Source: Octopus vulgaris (taxonomy: Eukaryota). Taken from it: a stretch of 64,000 nt of DNA. Below the pieces are notes generated by a model, which saw only the letters and a list, made by a program, of their open reading frames with translations, had not been told where the DNA came from and did not search any database. A program made the translations under genes and the position numbers. The stretch covers positions 101,618,001 to 101,682,000 of the forward strand of contig OX597820.1 in assembly GCA_951406725.2 (NCBI GenBank), read 5' to 3'. Of this stretch, positions 13,047-26,182 are shown piece after piece (position 1 is the first letter of the stretch; the number at the start of each line of letters is the position of its first letter).

Positions 13047-13049
13047 TAT

Positions 13050-13814
13050 TATTAATAAATTCCAAGGTAGCAAAAAAATTTTTTTTAATTTCTTTGCTAC
13101 TAGTGGTCCATCGAGAAAAAAAAAACTTGTCAATAGACTAAATATATTGTTCATATAAAACTACAGTGTACATTTAAACACATAAGAGATGGTCATAACA
13201 GGTCATCGGACCCGCTAGAAGCAGTAGTTAAACTCCAAACCACTATTAGGGGTAATTTCGAATGGGAATGAAAAGTAAAAGCATTTACCCTCTATTGTGG
13301 GTAAATGTTTTTATTTTTATATGCGTTTAGATGTACATTGTATTTTTATATGAATAATATATAGTCTATTGACTAGTTTTTTCTTCCTGCTAGACCACTT
13401 GTAGCAAAGAAATTTTCTAAATTTTTTGGCTGTCCTGGAATTTATTAATAACGATATAATGATTTTGGGCTAATTTTGGAAGAAAATCGGCATTTTTTGT
13501 ATTTGTTGCCGATAAAAAAACGCGCTTGCGCGGTGGACTTTGAAAAATTATAACATGTAAACACGAGGTATGTTCTGTATCGCCTCGTCTTTATAGGTTA
13601 ATCTTGGCTTTCCTACTGACGAGAGCTTCGCCTAGTAAATTATTTTATTTGCTGAAGATAGCTTGAAACCATGGTACAGGAAATAGAGAGTAAATGTTTT
13701 TATTTTTCATTCCCTTTCGAAATTACCCCTAATAGTGGTTTGGCGTTTAACTACTCCTTCTAGAGAGTCAGATGTCCTGTTATGGCCATCTCTTATGTGT
13801 TTAAATGTACACTG

Positions 13815-13820
<6 letters not shown>
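13050..13820. mobile_element. Non-coding Penelope-pLTR/retrozyme-like element: permuted unit plus inverted partial copy
   Basis: 13155-13296 is an inverted repeat of 13683-13820, and 13050-13160 is an inverted repeat of 13340-13450. Contains a hammerhead motif; bounded by TA-rich microsatellites. Confidence 0.7.
13609..13683 (+). ncRNA. Type-I hammerhead ribozyme motif
   Basis: UUUCCUA-CUGACGA-GAGCU...AGCUU-GAAA-CCAUGG-UA-CAGGAAA. Palindromic stem III ACCAUGGU; one mismatch at the base of stem I and G-U at the base of stem II. Confidence 0.78.
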
Positions 13821-13884
<64 letters not shown>

Positions 13885-13902
13885 AGTATATATATATATC
13901 TG

Positions 13903-13933
<31 letters not shown>

Positions 13934-14018
13934 ATGTATATCTGTATATATATATATATATATATATAAACATATATATATACATATCTATATACATATA
14001 TACATATATATTTATACA

Positions 14019-14050
<32 letters not shown>

Positions 14051-14120
14051 CATATATATATATATACATATATATACGTACACACATATATACATACATA
14101 TATACATATATATATATATA
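13818..14120. repeat. (TA)n-rich microsatellite
   Basis: Direct tandem repeat. Confidence 0.97.
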
Positions 14121-14774
14121 CAAAAACTAACTATATTTAGAAGATAAACACTTGTGTGCAAGTGTATAGATATTTATATATATTGACAAATAAATTTACT
14201 TTTACATGAAGTATAAAAGATACAGAAAACTAAGGAGAAAATGCATAGTTTTTTTTACTCGACAGCTGTTTCTGGAACTCTGAATTATGTAATAATTGTA
14301 ATGTTGATAATTAGCAGATGGTATGTGCAAAAAGTAATGGATAAACAACCAGTAGAAGCGTGCATAGAGACATTACCGTAATATCAGCTTCCTTAAACAG
14401 GAGGGGGAAATTAGCTAATAGCAGTTCACATCGTGGTGCGAGAGATTTAAAGGTTGAATGGGAGAAGAGGAAGAAGGGAGTAAAATGCAGGAAGAATGAA
14501 GATGCAGGAATGTTCGGGGTGGGGGAAAGTACAGGAAGAGCAAGAAAGGATAATAAATACAAAACGAGGTGTGGAGAGCAAAGGGAGGGGAGTAATCGGA
14601 AGATTGAAAAGAAGGGAGTAAGATAGGGAGAAATATACGAAGAGAATAGAGAAGGGTAGATTTTGAAGTTATAAGCGATAGGAGTCAGGAAGTGATGAGG
14701 AGGGAATTCGAGGAATGAGGGTGGGGTAGCAGCAGAGGAAGATATGCTGAGGTAAGGAGAAAGTTACAAGGAAA

Positions 14775-14837
<63 letters not shown>

Positions 14838-15010
14838 TATAGATAGATAGATAGATAGATGGTTTGTTAGCATAACAAATTAGTAAGATGAGATTGAATT
14901 GTACGAACAACAGATGAAGCCGGGAAGGGGCAAGGAAAGAATTCGATGACCGAAAGTAGGGTAGCAGCAGAGGAAGATATGCTGAGGTATGGAAAAAAGT
15001 TCAAACAGAT

Positions 15011-15069
<59 letters not shown>

Positions 15070-15741
15070 GAGAGAGAGAGAGAGGAGGGAAAGTATAAAG
15101 GGAAAGAAAGAAAGAAAGAAAGGATATGTAGCTTCCTGAATCGTAATCAGGAGAAATTATAGACATTACATAATGGGCAAACGAGGTATAAAATTTGTGC
15201 TTACAGGAAAAGATTATGTTAGAGCACCTACTCAGTAATGAGGGGTTATGGTGGCGGAGGATAGTGAGTTATTCCCTTGAACACAATTTACAAGTATTTG
15301 TAAATGGTGTTCAAGGAATTCACTAACATACATACATACATACATACATGATGACCACTACATCTTGTCAGATGATAGCCGAGTCATGTTCAGCCTGATT
15401 GTTCTGATTTACGTTCATCCCTGTATCATGAGAGCGGATGTGATTTTTTACGTTCGCGCTTCGCATTCCTCGCTATAAAACTTTATAAAATGCAAATCGA
15501 ACCAAGAAACGAAATGCATAGTGAGACTTCAGTACCTCACTGGATTTGCTTGGTAATTGGTCTTGGTTTGTTTACATTTTTGTATCTTAGCGAGTTAAGA
15601 AACAGAAACCAATAGAATTGGTACCAGTTTTAAACAATAATTACTGGGGTCGATTTGTTCGACTACATCCGTCAAAGGGTACTCCAGCACGAGCCGCAGT
15701 CGAATGACCGAAACTAGCAAAATCTAAAGATAAAAGATATA

Positions 15742-15944
15742 GGCGTAGGAGTGGCTGTGTGGTAAGTAGCTTGCTTACCAACCACATGGTCTCGGGTTCA
15801 GTCCCACTGCATGGCACCTTAGGCAAGTGTCTTCTACTATAGCCTTGGGTCGACCAAAGCCTTATGAGTGGATTTGGTAGACAGAAACTGAAAGAAGCCC
15901 ATCATATATATGTATATGTATACACACACACACACACACACACA

Positions 15945-15987
<43 letters not shown>

Positions 15988-16210
15988 ATATGAGTGTATC
16001 TTGTATTTGTCCCCCCCAACATCGCTTGACAACCGATGCTGGTGTGTTTAAGTCTCCGTAACATAGCGGTTCGGCAAGAGAGACCGATAGAATAAGTACT
16101 AGGTTTACAAAGAATAAGTCCTGGAGTCGATTTGCTCGACTAAAGGCGGTGCTTCAGCATGGCCACAGTCAAAAGAGTGAAACAAGTAAAAGAGTAAATG
16201 AGTAAAAGGG
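15742..16210 (+). mobile_element. tRNA-derived SINE family A, full length
   Basis: Head ggcgtaggagtggctgtgtggtaag (A-box-like), ggttcagtccc (B-box-like), CORE-like ccttaggcaagtgtctt, internal microsatellite, (AGTAAAAG)n tail. Confidence 0.9.
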
Positions 16211-16460
16211 TATAAACCCTGCTTGTCATAACCGCCCTTATATGTTTATATATTGCTGCGCGCGCATGCGTGTGTCTGCTTTTGTTTATGCAGTGGTGCG
16301 CATGGATGTAGTTTATAATGAAGATTTTAATTATTGACTGGATTCCGCGTAACTCACATCGAAAATACAGAACATCACGGCCTGAGGAAAGCTGAATGGA
16401 ACAGGAGCAGCGATTAAATCAAATTTACACAATACATACCTACAAGTGTTGAGCATTCCA

Positions 16461-16515
<55 letters not shown>

Positions 16516-16601
16516 TTATCTATCTATCAGTCTCTCTCTCCATGCACACTCATACACACACACACATACACACTCACATACACACCCATATACATATATA
16601 T

Positions 16602-16707
<106 letters not shown>

Positions 16708-16847
16708 CATGTATATATACTTTATAATTATACAGCAGTCGTCTGTCAAATTCCACACCTGTAAATACATATTTTTTACTTTTGTATATTAGTAAGTGTA
16801 TATATGTGAATGTTTTTCTATCCATCCATCCTTCCGTCCATCTTTGC

Positions 16848-18289
16848 CGTGAATTACCGTCCAATCTCACTCGCCTTTCATATCATTAAGGTATTTGAGA
16901 GAGTACTGAGATCGCATTTGACTCACTTCCTTGAGAGTCATAATGTTCTGAACTCCAGCCAGCATGGATTCCGTAATGGAAGGGATTGCCTGACGCAGCT
17001 ACTGCATCTTTTTGATGACATTTTGAGAGCCTTGGGAGAGGGTTCCAACACTGATGTCATCTACCTTGATTTCAGCAAGGCCTTTGAAAGGGTTGATCAT
17101 AAGATCCTTTTGAGAAAGCTGTCCAGTATTGGTGTCACTGGAAAGCTGCTGCAGTGGATCAAGTGCTTCCTGTCTGACATGTTGTAGTCGAAGGAGTCAA
17201 ATCCAGCCCAGCCAAAGTCAGTAGTGGTGTCCCACAAGGCGCTGTGTTGGGCCCACTTCTCTTCATCATCTACATTAATGATATTACTGACACCATCAAA
17301 CACAGTAACGTCAGAATCTTCGCTGATGATTCCAAGCTCCAGAAGGTCATCAATGGCGTGGATGACCGAATAAGCCTTCAGTCAGACCTACTGGCTGTTG
17401 TCCAATGGGCGGAAAAGAACAACATGTTGCTAAACGAAGACAAATTCGAACTGATCCACTTTGGAAGGGAGGACGCTCTGAAACTCCCATACTCCCTTCC
17501 TTCTGGAGAAATTCTCATGGCGTCTAGCAACATTGGAGACTTGGGAGTAACAGTGGACAACAACATAAGCTGGGCTACACATATAAGCAGCAAAGTTGAC
17601 ATGGCCCGCAGAATGTGTTCCTGGATTCTCAGAACCTTCCAGTCGAGAGATTCCCACACTATTATCCTTCTCTTCTCCACTTTTGCCCGACCCCACCTTG
17701 AATACTGCTGTCCACTGTGGTCTCCCTACATGAAACAAAATATTATGAGAATTGAAGCTCCCCAAAGGTCAATCACAAAAAAGATAGATGGCATGTCAGA
17801 CCTCGACTACTGGGGTAGACTAGAAAAGCTGAAACTGTATTCACTCCAACGACGCCGTGAACTCTACATTATCTGTATGATGTGGAAAATATTCCATCAG
17901 CACTGTCCGAATGATGTTGGCATCACCTTCAAAATACATCCAAGGTTTGGGCCACGTGCCATCCGTCCACAACAAAAATCTAAATCGCATCTCATAACAA
18001 CAATACGGCACAATTATTTCACCTCAATTAGATCCGCTCTCTTCAGCATTACACCAGGACACGTCAAAACAGAAACTGACCACACAAAATTCAAGAAGTC
18101 TTTGGACAAATTCCTTCAAACAGTCCCGGACAAACCACCCACACCCGGATATGTCTCCGCAAACAATAACTCTCTGCTCGAATGGGCCTTGGTGCCCAAA
18201 TCCTGAATTGAAAGACTTCGCCAGGTGGTGCTATTAAGTTAGACGTGACCTGGGCCAATACTAGCCAAAACTTTCTAAGTTATTCTAAG

Positions 18290-18291
<2 letters not shown>
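16848..18291 (+). mobile_element. 5'-truncated CR1-group LINE (reverse transcriptase + C-terminus), one frameshift/deletion near 17185
   Basis: NYRPISL, QHGFR, YLDFSKAF, GVPQG.VLGPLLFIIYINDI, IFADDSK, LEYCCPLWSPY, LYSLQRRRE; short tandem tail ttctaagtta x2. Confidence 0.93.
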
Positions 18292-18360
<69 letters not shown>

Positions 18361-19197
18361 ACTATCTATCTATATGTGTGTGTGTGTTTATACATACAAC
18401 CATAAATATTCACATACACATATATATACACACATATATATACACACAGATATACATATATACATACACACACGCAATTTAAAATGAAATAAAACAATTG
18501 CAATGTCGTCACGTACAACACCTATTAACGTATGGTTCACACCGACATCCAGTTAACAACACTACCACCTCTACCACCACCACTGCCTCTACTTCCAGCA
18601 CCATTTCTACCTCTACCTCCACCATCATGCATCACAAGGATAACGACACCACTCTCACTTCGCTAACTACCTCCACCATCACCACAACTCTAATAACGGT
18701 GTGTTTCTATAAATAGTCAAATCTCCCTCGAATTATATGTTATCTTGTGTAAGAAAGATGTATACTTTGGATATTATTATCTCTGATATTCAAGAAGATG
18801 CGATGGCCACGAGTAGACCAGCCTCGATCATGGATATAGTCAATCGAATAGCTGGAGTTAAATTAAAACATCAACAACATCATCATCATCATCATCATCA
18901 GCAACAATAACACAAGCAATCCTTGGGCCTCAATTCGGTCGCTTGATGTGCTAGAAACAGCAGATAAATTCCTTCAACTGGTACTCTGCCATTTTGATTA
19001 AAGAGTTCACATATTTGAAGATGTGTTCATGTAGACCGCTCAAAAAAAGACTGGATGGTCACGTTAGGAATGGTCTTGATCGTAGGTCTACTCCATCGCC
19101 ACAACAGGTGACAGTTTTTGTGCCTCTATTCAGTCGCTTGATCTGCTACAAAAAGCAGACATATTCCCTCAAATGATGCTTTACCACCTTAAGGAGT

Positions 19198-19288
<91 letters not shown>

Positions 19289-19290
<2 letters not shown>

Positions 19291-19845
19291 GCCCTGATGC
19301 AGTACCAGGCAGTGGCTCTCATGGCTTCTGATCTTAACTGATTGGAAGTGTTATCATGTACATTGTTTTGTCTTGGTATAAAAGATGGGCTACAGCAAAT
19401 ATTCTGCTCAATACCACAGATTTGCTTGTCAGTTGTTTGACCTTAACCAGTTGAGCATGTCCCTTAGTGGCTGACGATATGTGCATCTCTGATCATGAGC
19501 AGAAGTAGTGGGGGAGCATCATAGCCATGTGTTGAGAGGGATTCTTTGGGGTTTGAATAATTCACCTCTGGAAACATGGGTGGTTCTTTCAACATCCTTA
19601 AACAACCCTTATTCAGGGACCGTTTGAGCGGGATGGGCTACTCAACCTGAAGAAAATTCTAACTGGGCCCCACCTGCAAGGTCATGTGCTGTTTATCTTG
19701 ATATGAGATCACCATGTCGCGCACATATGGTTGTGATGCATGTGTCTGGTGTGCCCTTATCAGACGGGTAGTCATGATGGGTATATTGGGCTTCGTATAT
19801 TTTACCCCAGTGTCACTTTGATGGCATGAACTGCTCTCTCACTCA
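19289..19845 (+). mobile_element. ~556-bp non-coding interspersed repeat embedded in (TAA)n
   Basis: End-to-end reverse-complement copy at 62045-62598 with the same boundaries, also inside (TAA)n. Confidence 0.9.
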
Positions 19846-20300
19846 ATAATAATAATAATAATAAAATATTAGGGAGTAAATCCAAACTTACAGGGAAAAA
19901 TTAGATTTAGGATTAAATCTAATTTTATAGTATAAATATATATTAAATATATTTAAATATAAATATATTTAAAATTTATAAGTTTAATTTATTAATTTAA
20001 ATATTTTAATTGGATTTTTATATTTTATATTTTATATTTTTAATATTTTTTAATTAATTTTATTTCTATGTATTGGCTTATGATTTTCACTGTTTGATTT
20101 GTCTAATAGTGGTTTTATCTCTAATTTAATATAATATATATATATGAAAATCTATTCCTATAGTCCTCTCTAAAAAGACGTGATGGTCGCTTCAGCAATG
20201 TCTTCGTTCATAGGTCTACTCCATCGTACTTGAATCGTGCCTAAACAACAACAACAATCGCAACAACAATACTAACAATGACTATAATTTGTTTACTTAC

Positions 20301-20580
20301 TTCTTTTTTACTGGTTCTACACTTTCATACGTGTCTGTATCCGTCATACTCTCCTCTGATAATTGGCTCCCTTTATACAGGTTGATGCCTGCAGAGATGA
20401 CAACGCCTGCTGAATTATCGTCTTTCAACTCGTCACTGGGAAGCATACTGTCGTCACTTTGTTGATGAATATTCATGTCGTTTATAGGCGGGTCATACAT
20501 GACCCGGGGTTAATTACAAGAGAATGTGATGTCTTTCTGGTTTTTTATCTCTGGAGTTTGGCAACTTAATTCGTTACATC
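20301..20580 (-). CDS. Candidate host exon (ATG at 20500; MYDPPINDMNIHQQSDDS...VEPVKK), product unknown
   Basis: Non-repetitive open frame ending at AA|GTAAGT donor; upstream acceptor ttttacaccatttcccag. An in-frame TAA lies four codons before the ATG. Confidence 0.45.
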
Positions 20581-21309
20581 TGGGAAATGGTGTAAAAAAA
20601 TTGTTTGCCTGACCCGTGACATAATTACTTGATTGATTTGTGATAGAATTGTACATTTTTAAAAAATTCTACTACTACAACTGCTGCTACTATTGCTGCT
20701 GCTGCTGCTGCTGCTGCTGCTACTACTACTACTACGATGTTTTTGGATGTATGTGAATCTATACATGCGTGTATATGTGTTTAAGTTCAGATATATAAAT
20801 GTGTGCGCGCGAGTTTGTGCGTTTGTGTGTGTGTGTGTGTGTAATTGTATGTGTGTAATTGTGTGTGTGTATCACTGTAATAAGATGGTGGTGGAAGGCC
20901 ACACAAAGGTCAGAAGTAACTATATAAATAGCAGTATAAAAAATATGCAAAAAGAACAATGCATTTTTTCCCTTTTTGTTAACATAGACGTTCTCATTGT
21001 CAACAATAGTATCTTTGAGTACTACACCTACGTTTACATAGCTAAAAACCTGTTCTACCAGATTTATAGGCACAGTTTTCTTAGAGGAACATCTCCACAC
21101 CTACTTCAAATAGGTTCATGCTGATCATGATTTGATCAGAAACAGGTTTCGTTCCTGAGAATCAATGACAAGTAAAAGAAAAAAAAAATATTGCAGCTTT
21201 CTTTACTTATATATAAAATCTGCAATATAAGGCAAGAGTCTTTATTGCTCACTCTCGTCAAAAGTGGAACTATGCAATAAATAGCTAAAGCTGTTTTCTT
21301 GCTTAGATG

Positions 21310-21914
21310 CAGGGACAGAAATTTTATCAGAAAGGGTTTAGTCTATATTATCGACCCCAGTACTTTACCACAATCTCTCGATCGTGAATGCAACACTCTT
21401 ACCACTAGGCCATAGGTCATGCGATAAATGATAGTAATAATCTTTTCTATTAATAGGCACAATGCCTGGAATTTAGTGGGGATGGGGCTAGTCGATTACA
21501 TCGAACCCAGTGCGTGACTGATACTTAATTAATCGACCCCGAAAGGATGAAAGGAAAAGTCAACTTCGGCGAATTAGAACTCAGAAAGTAGCGACGGGCG
21601 AAATATTGTTAAGCATTTTACCCGGCGTCCTGACGATTCCACCAGCTCATACCTTCATAATAATAATAATAATAATAATAATAAGGCAAGCTGGCAGAAA
21701 CGTTACCACGCCGGGCGAAATGCTTAGCGGTACTTCGTCTGCTTCTACGTTCTGAGTTCAAATTCCGCCAAGGTCGACTTTGCCTTTCATCCTTTCGGGG
21801 GAGGTCAATAAATAAAGTGCCAGTTACGCACTGGGGTCGATGTCATCGACTTAGTCCCTTTGTCTGTTCCCGTTTGTCACCTCAATGTTTAGCCCCTTGT
21901 GGGCAATAAATAAA

Positions 21915-21976
<62 letters not shown>

Positions 21977-23280
21977 CCTTTCTATTGTAGGTGTAAGGCC
22001 TGGATTTCTGGGGGGAGGGGGACAGTTGATCACACCGACATCAGTACTGAAACGGTACTTGATTTATCGACTCCGAAAGTATGAAAGGCAAATTCGACCC
22101 CAGCGGAATAATAATAATCTTTTCTACTGTAGGCACAAGGTCTGAAATAGGGTGGGGGCTAGTCGATTACCTTGACCCCAGTGTTTCACTGGCACTTAAT
22201 CGACCCCAAAAGAATGAATGGTAAAGTAGACTTCAACCGAATTTGGACTCAGATTGTAAAGAGTCACAAGAAATGCTATTAAGTATGTTGTCCGATATGC
22301 TAACGATTCTGTTAGTTAGCTGCCTTAATAATCCTTTCTATTATAGGCACAACGTCTGAAATCTTGCGGGCGGGGTGCTAGTCGATTACATCGACTCCAG
22401 TGTTCAAATGGTATTTATTTTGTTGATCCCGAAAGGATGAAAAGTTAAGTTTATTTCGCCGGAATTTAAACTCAGAACGTAAAGTCAGAAGAAATGTCAA
22501 TATGCGTTTTGTCCGACACGCTAACAATCCAACCAGCTCGCTACCCTCAATGCAGTAAATACTCCTTTCTACTATAGGCACAAGGCCTGAAATTTGGGGT
22601 GGGGGTGGGGGGGCTAAGTCGATTACATCGACCCCAGTACTCAACTGGTACTTATTTTATTGACCTCGAAAGGATGAAAGACAAAGTCGACCTCGTTACA
22701 ATTTAAACTTAGAACGTAAAGACAGACGAAATGCCGCAAAGCGTTTTGCCCGGCGTGCTAACGATTCCACCAGCTCGCTACCTTCACTGCAGTAAATAAT
22801 AAAAATGGCAATCTATATGTTGGCTATAATGGTCCAAAGATTTTAAAGACAATACAAAAAAAGAGGATCAAAACAGTGAGAGTTAACATTAAAACGTGTA
22901 AGAAGTAAAGTAACACGGGTCTCATCTTGTGGAGGTGGCCGTCTTGATATATGGCGTAACTTGGATATTTTTAGACCTGGCGAAGTGATCTCATCTAGCA
23001 CTGATCTCATCTGATTTCTTCTTAGAAAAACATACATACAGATAGACAGATAGACGAACTGACAGATGGAAAGGAAGAGACAGAAAGAGAAAATGAGAGA
23101 AAAAAAGAAAGAAAGCGGTGGGTTGACTCTATTGCAGAATAGCTACCTTGTCGACCTCAAAAGAAAAAGTGGCTAAGTTGATTTCGGCGGGATTTGAACT
23201 AAAAGCATTGAGAACCAGAATGATTAGCACAAAGCAATATGTCCAATGCACTCACGACTCCGCTATTTGACCGCCTTACA
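21310..23280. mobile_element. Dense cluster of about 8 SINE family B copies (mostly minus strand, one plus at 21684-21910)
   Basis: Repeated gtcgattacatcgaccccag...gaaaggatgaaaggcaaagtcgac...gaatttgaactcagaacg units separated by (TAA)n. Confidence 0.88.
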
Positions 23281-23299
23281 TAATGAAATACCACCAAGG

Positions 23300-23625
23300 T
23301 AAGGTCCACAATGGAGGGCCCTTCACTTAAGGTCTACCAAGGGACACCACAGATTTGGTGTTATCTTGAGCAATAAGGGTATATGACTTTTCTTAGACGT
23401 TCTTATATAGCTTATAAGTACATACTGAGCGCAGACCAAACCACTCAGGTCATATACACCACAATTACCCACCGTTCAACAATCTCAGTGAGAAACAACA
23501 TATCCCTTATCAAAAGACACTTAAAGTCAATGAGGACCTCTTTGAAGAGAAACTTGTCCCTCTGCGCGTCTTTCTTCCGAGTCCACTTTTTCATCATAGT
23601 TACCGTATAGATGAAAACTGCTTAC
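23300..23625 (-). mobile_element. Very decayed Tx1/L1-clade ORF2 C-terminal fragment
   Basis: Minus-strand remnant AVFIYTVTMMKK-WTRKK...VERWV resembles the Tx1-like ORF2 end (recalled similarity). Confidence 0.4.
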
Positions 23626-24093
23626 TTTTGCTTGGCAAAAAAAAAAAAAAAAAAAAACCGCGGTAATATTTTCTCAGTAGTAAAGCGGCGTACTGGCAGA
23701 ATCAGTAGCACCCCGGACCAAAATGCTTTGCGATATTTCGTTCGTCTTTATGTTCTGATTTGAAATTCCGCCGGGGTTCACTTTTCATCCTTTTGGGATC
23801 GATAAAATAAAAAACCAGTTGAGCACTGGAGTCGATGTAATCGATATGCTTCCTCCCCCTAAATTGCTGACCTTGTGCCAAGTTTTGAAACCAATATTTT
23901 TTCGGTAGTATCTGTTGAAAGAGGGATCCGTCTTACACGTGACAAAAGTTGTTCGACATGTGCGACAAATCTCTATGAGTAAACTACGTCCTGGCACTAA
24001 ACGAGTAGCTACAGAACAGTTTCATCACTCAGAGCGCATCGTGGAAAGCTCGGCTTACAGCTTTTATATGCTTATAGAACTGGTCTAAAAATA

Positions 24094-25805
24094 GTGCCTC
24101 ACTATTCGACTGCAGCTTTTGAGGTGTACAAAACTCAACGAGACCGAGCCGTGAAAATTGAAAAGGAAGAACGCTTCAGTTATGAATACAAAATCGCGGC
24201 AAATGCCAGTAGCAATCCAAAAACCTTCTTTGCCCATGATTGGTCATCACGCGGGACGAAGTCAAACGTGTTATTCAAGGCCTCGATGTCAACAAGGGTC
24301 ACGGCCCTGACGGCATACACCCACGGGTTATCAAAGCGTTGGCTCCGGTCATCTGCGAGCCCTTAACACGCCTATTCAATATGTCATTGGCGACAGGTGT
24401 TATACCTGCGGACTGGAGAACAGCGATAATCTGCCCAATTTTCAAGAAAGGGAGCCGCGAAGACCCGCTTAACTACCGACCGGTTTCCCTTACATCAATA
24501 ATCAGCAAGATGTTCGAAACCATCCTTAAGAAAAGTATGATGCTCCACCTCCAAAACACAGCCTCCATCTCTGATTCCCAACACGGCTTCGTGCCGAAGA
24601 GATCATGCTTGACCAACTTACTGGTAATGGAAGAATTGGTGACGCGCATCCTCGATGATAGTGATGCTGTTGACATCGTTTTATTGGACTTTGCCAAAGC
24701 TTTTGACTCGGTAAACCACCGCCTATTACTTGTCAAGCTTCAAGCATATAGTTTCCATCCGGATATTGTACGATGGGTTGGTGCCTTCCTCTCAGATCGC
24801 TCCTTCCAAGTCCAAGTTAATGGTTCGCGGTCCGACGTCTCCAGTGCGAGCAGTGGCGTGCTTCAAGGTTCAGTGCTTGGGCCCTTATTGTTCTTAGTCT
24901 TCATAAATGACTTGCCCGACGACCTCACGCAACACACCCTTCTATTTGCCGACGATGTCAAACTGGTCGCTCCTCGCGGTGATATAGAGGATCTTCATCG
25001 ATGCCTCCACCAGATTTGGAGGTGGTCTAACGAATGGGACCTGTGTCTGAACGTGTCAAAGTGCTGTAATCTGCTTGTTGGCTCTCCTCCTGCAACTCAA
25101 CTTGATTTCGAGCCGGGTCGTCTGCAGCTGGAGAGGACCGATCAGGTAAAGGACCTGGGTATCTTGGTGGATTCCTCCTTTTCGCCTTCGGCCCAGTGCG
25201 TCCATGCTGCCAACAAAGCACGCGGAATTCTGTTCTTGATTCGACGGTCATTCGGAAAGCTCACAGCAGCCATATTCCTACCACTCTATGTCACACTGGC
25301 GAGACCCATATTGGAATACGGGATTCAAGCCTCTTCTCCTTATCTCCTCAAAGAATACAGCATCTCGAAAGAGTCCAGAAGCTGGCTACCCGCATGGTTC
25401 ATGGTCTCAAACATTTGTCCTATGAAGAAAGGCTGAGGACGCTCGACCTTTATTATCTAGAAAAACGCCGCCGCCGTGATCTCATTCTCGCCCACAGCAT
25501 CATAAGCGGAAAGTGTAACCTCTTGAAAGAGCTGTTCTTCACTCCTGCTCCAGAGCGTCGGCTGCGGGGTCATTCCGAAAAGCTCTACCTGCGACGATTT
25601 CATCTCAATCGAAAGAGAGGAGCTTTCTCCGTCCGGGTTGCGGATCCGTGGAACAAGCTGCCAGACGAGATGGTGAAGATGCCGACGACCGCTTTGTTCA
25701 AAGCCTCCCTTGACCTCAAGTGGCCTGAACTTTTTACATGAGTACCACCCTGTACTTAACTCCATGTCCCCCTACATGGCCTTGCTATTTGCTTTTGTGC
25801 CAAAT

Positions 25806-25842
<37 letters not shown>
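24094..25842 (+). mobile_element. CR1-group LINE, 5'-truncated and internally deleted; RT domain open, frameshifts near the 3' end; (CTAA)n tail
   Basis: NPKTFFAH fused to KGHGPDGIHP; NYRPVSLTS, QHGF, LLDFAKAFDSVNH, QGSVLGPLLFLVFINDL, LFADDVKL, FSVRVADPWNKLP; tail (ctaa)n at 25803-25842. Confidence 0.95.
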
Positions 25843-25843
<1 letters not shown>

Positions 25844-26182
25844 CAGGTAACACGGTCAGGCTAGAGGAGTCGAAAGTCCTCAAGAACAGATTACCCGGTT
25901 GATTCGAGTCGATGGCTAGAATTTCTCTGATAATATCTCGTATGCCTAAGGTTTAGCAAAGGCTAGAGATTATTTTATATTATTTATAAGGACGTGATTT
26001 TCGTTTTTCAGTTTGTAAGTTAATGTTTCATGGATTTTGATATTAATAGGTTATAGCTGTGTTTCTTTAAATATTGTGCCATTTACATATATTAATAATT
26101 ACATCAAGATGGCTTCATTCATAAAAAGTATCCCATAAATACGATATGCATGTGTGTACACTCGCATACACATATACGTATA

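Noticed and set aside
19289-19700. HDV-like ribozyme at the 5' end of the TAA-embedded element
   Set aside because: I could not build the P1/P2/P3 nested pseudoknot by eye.
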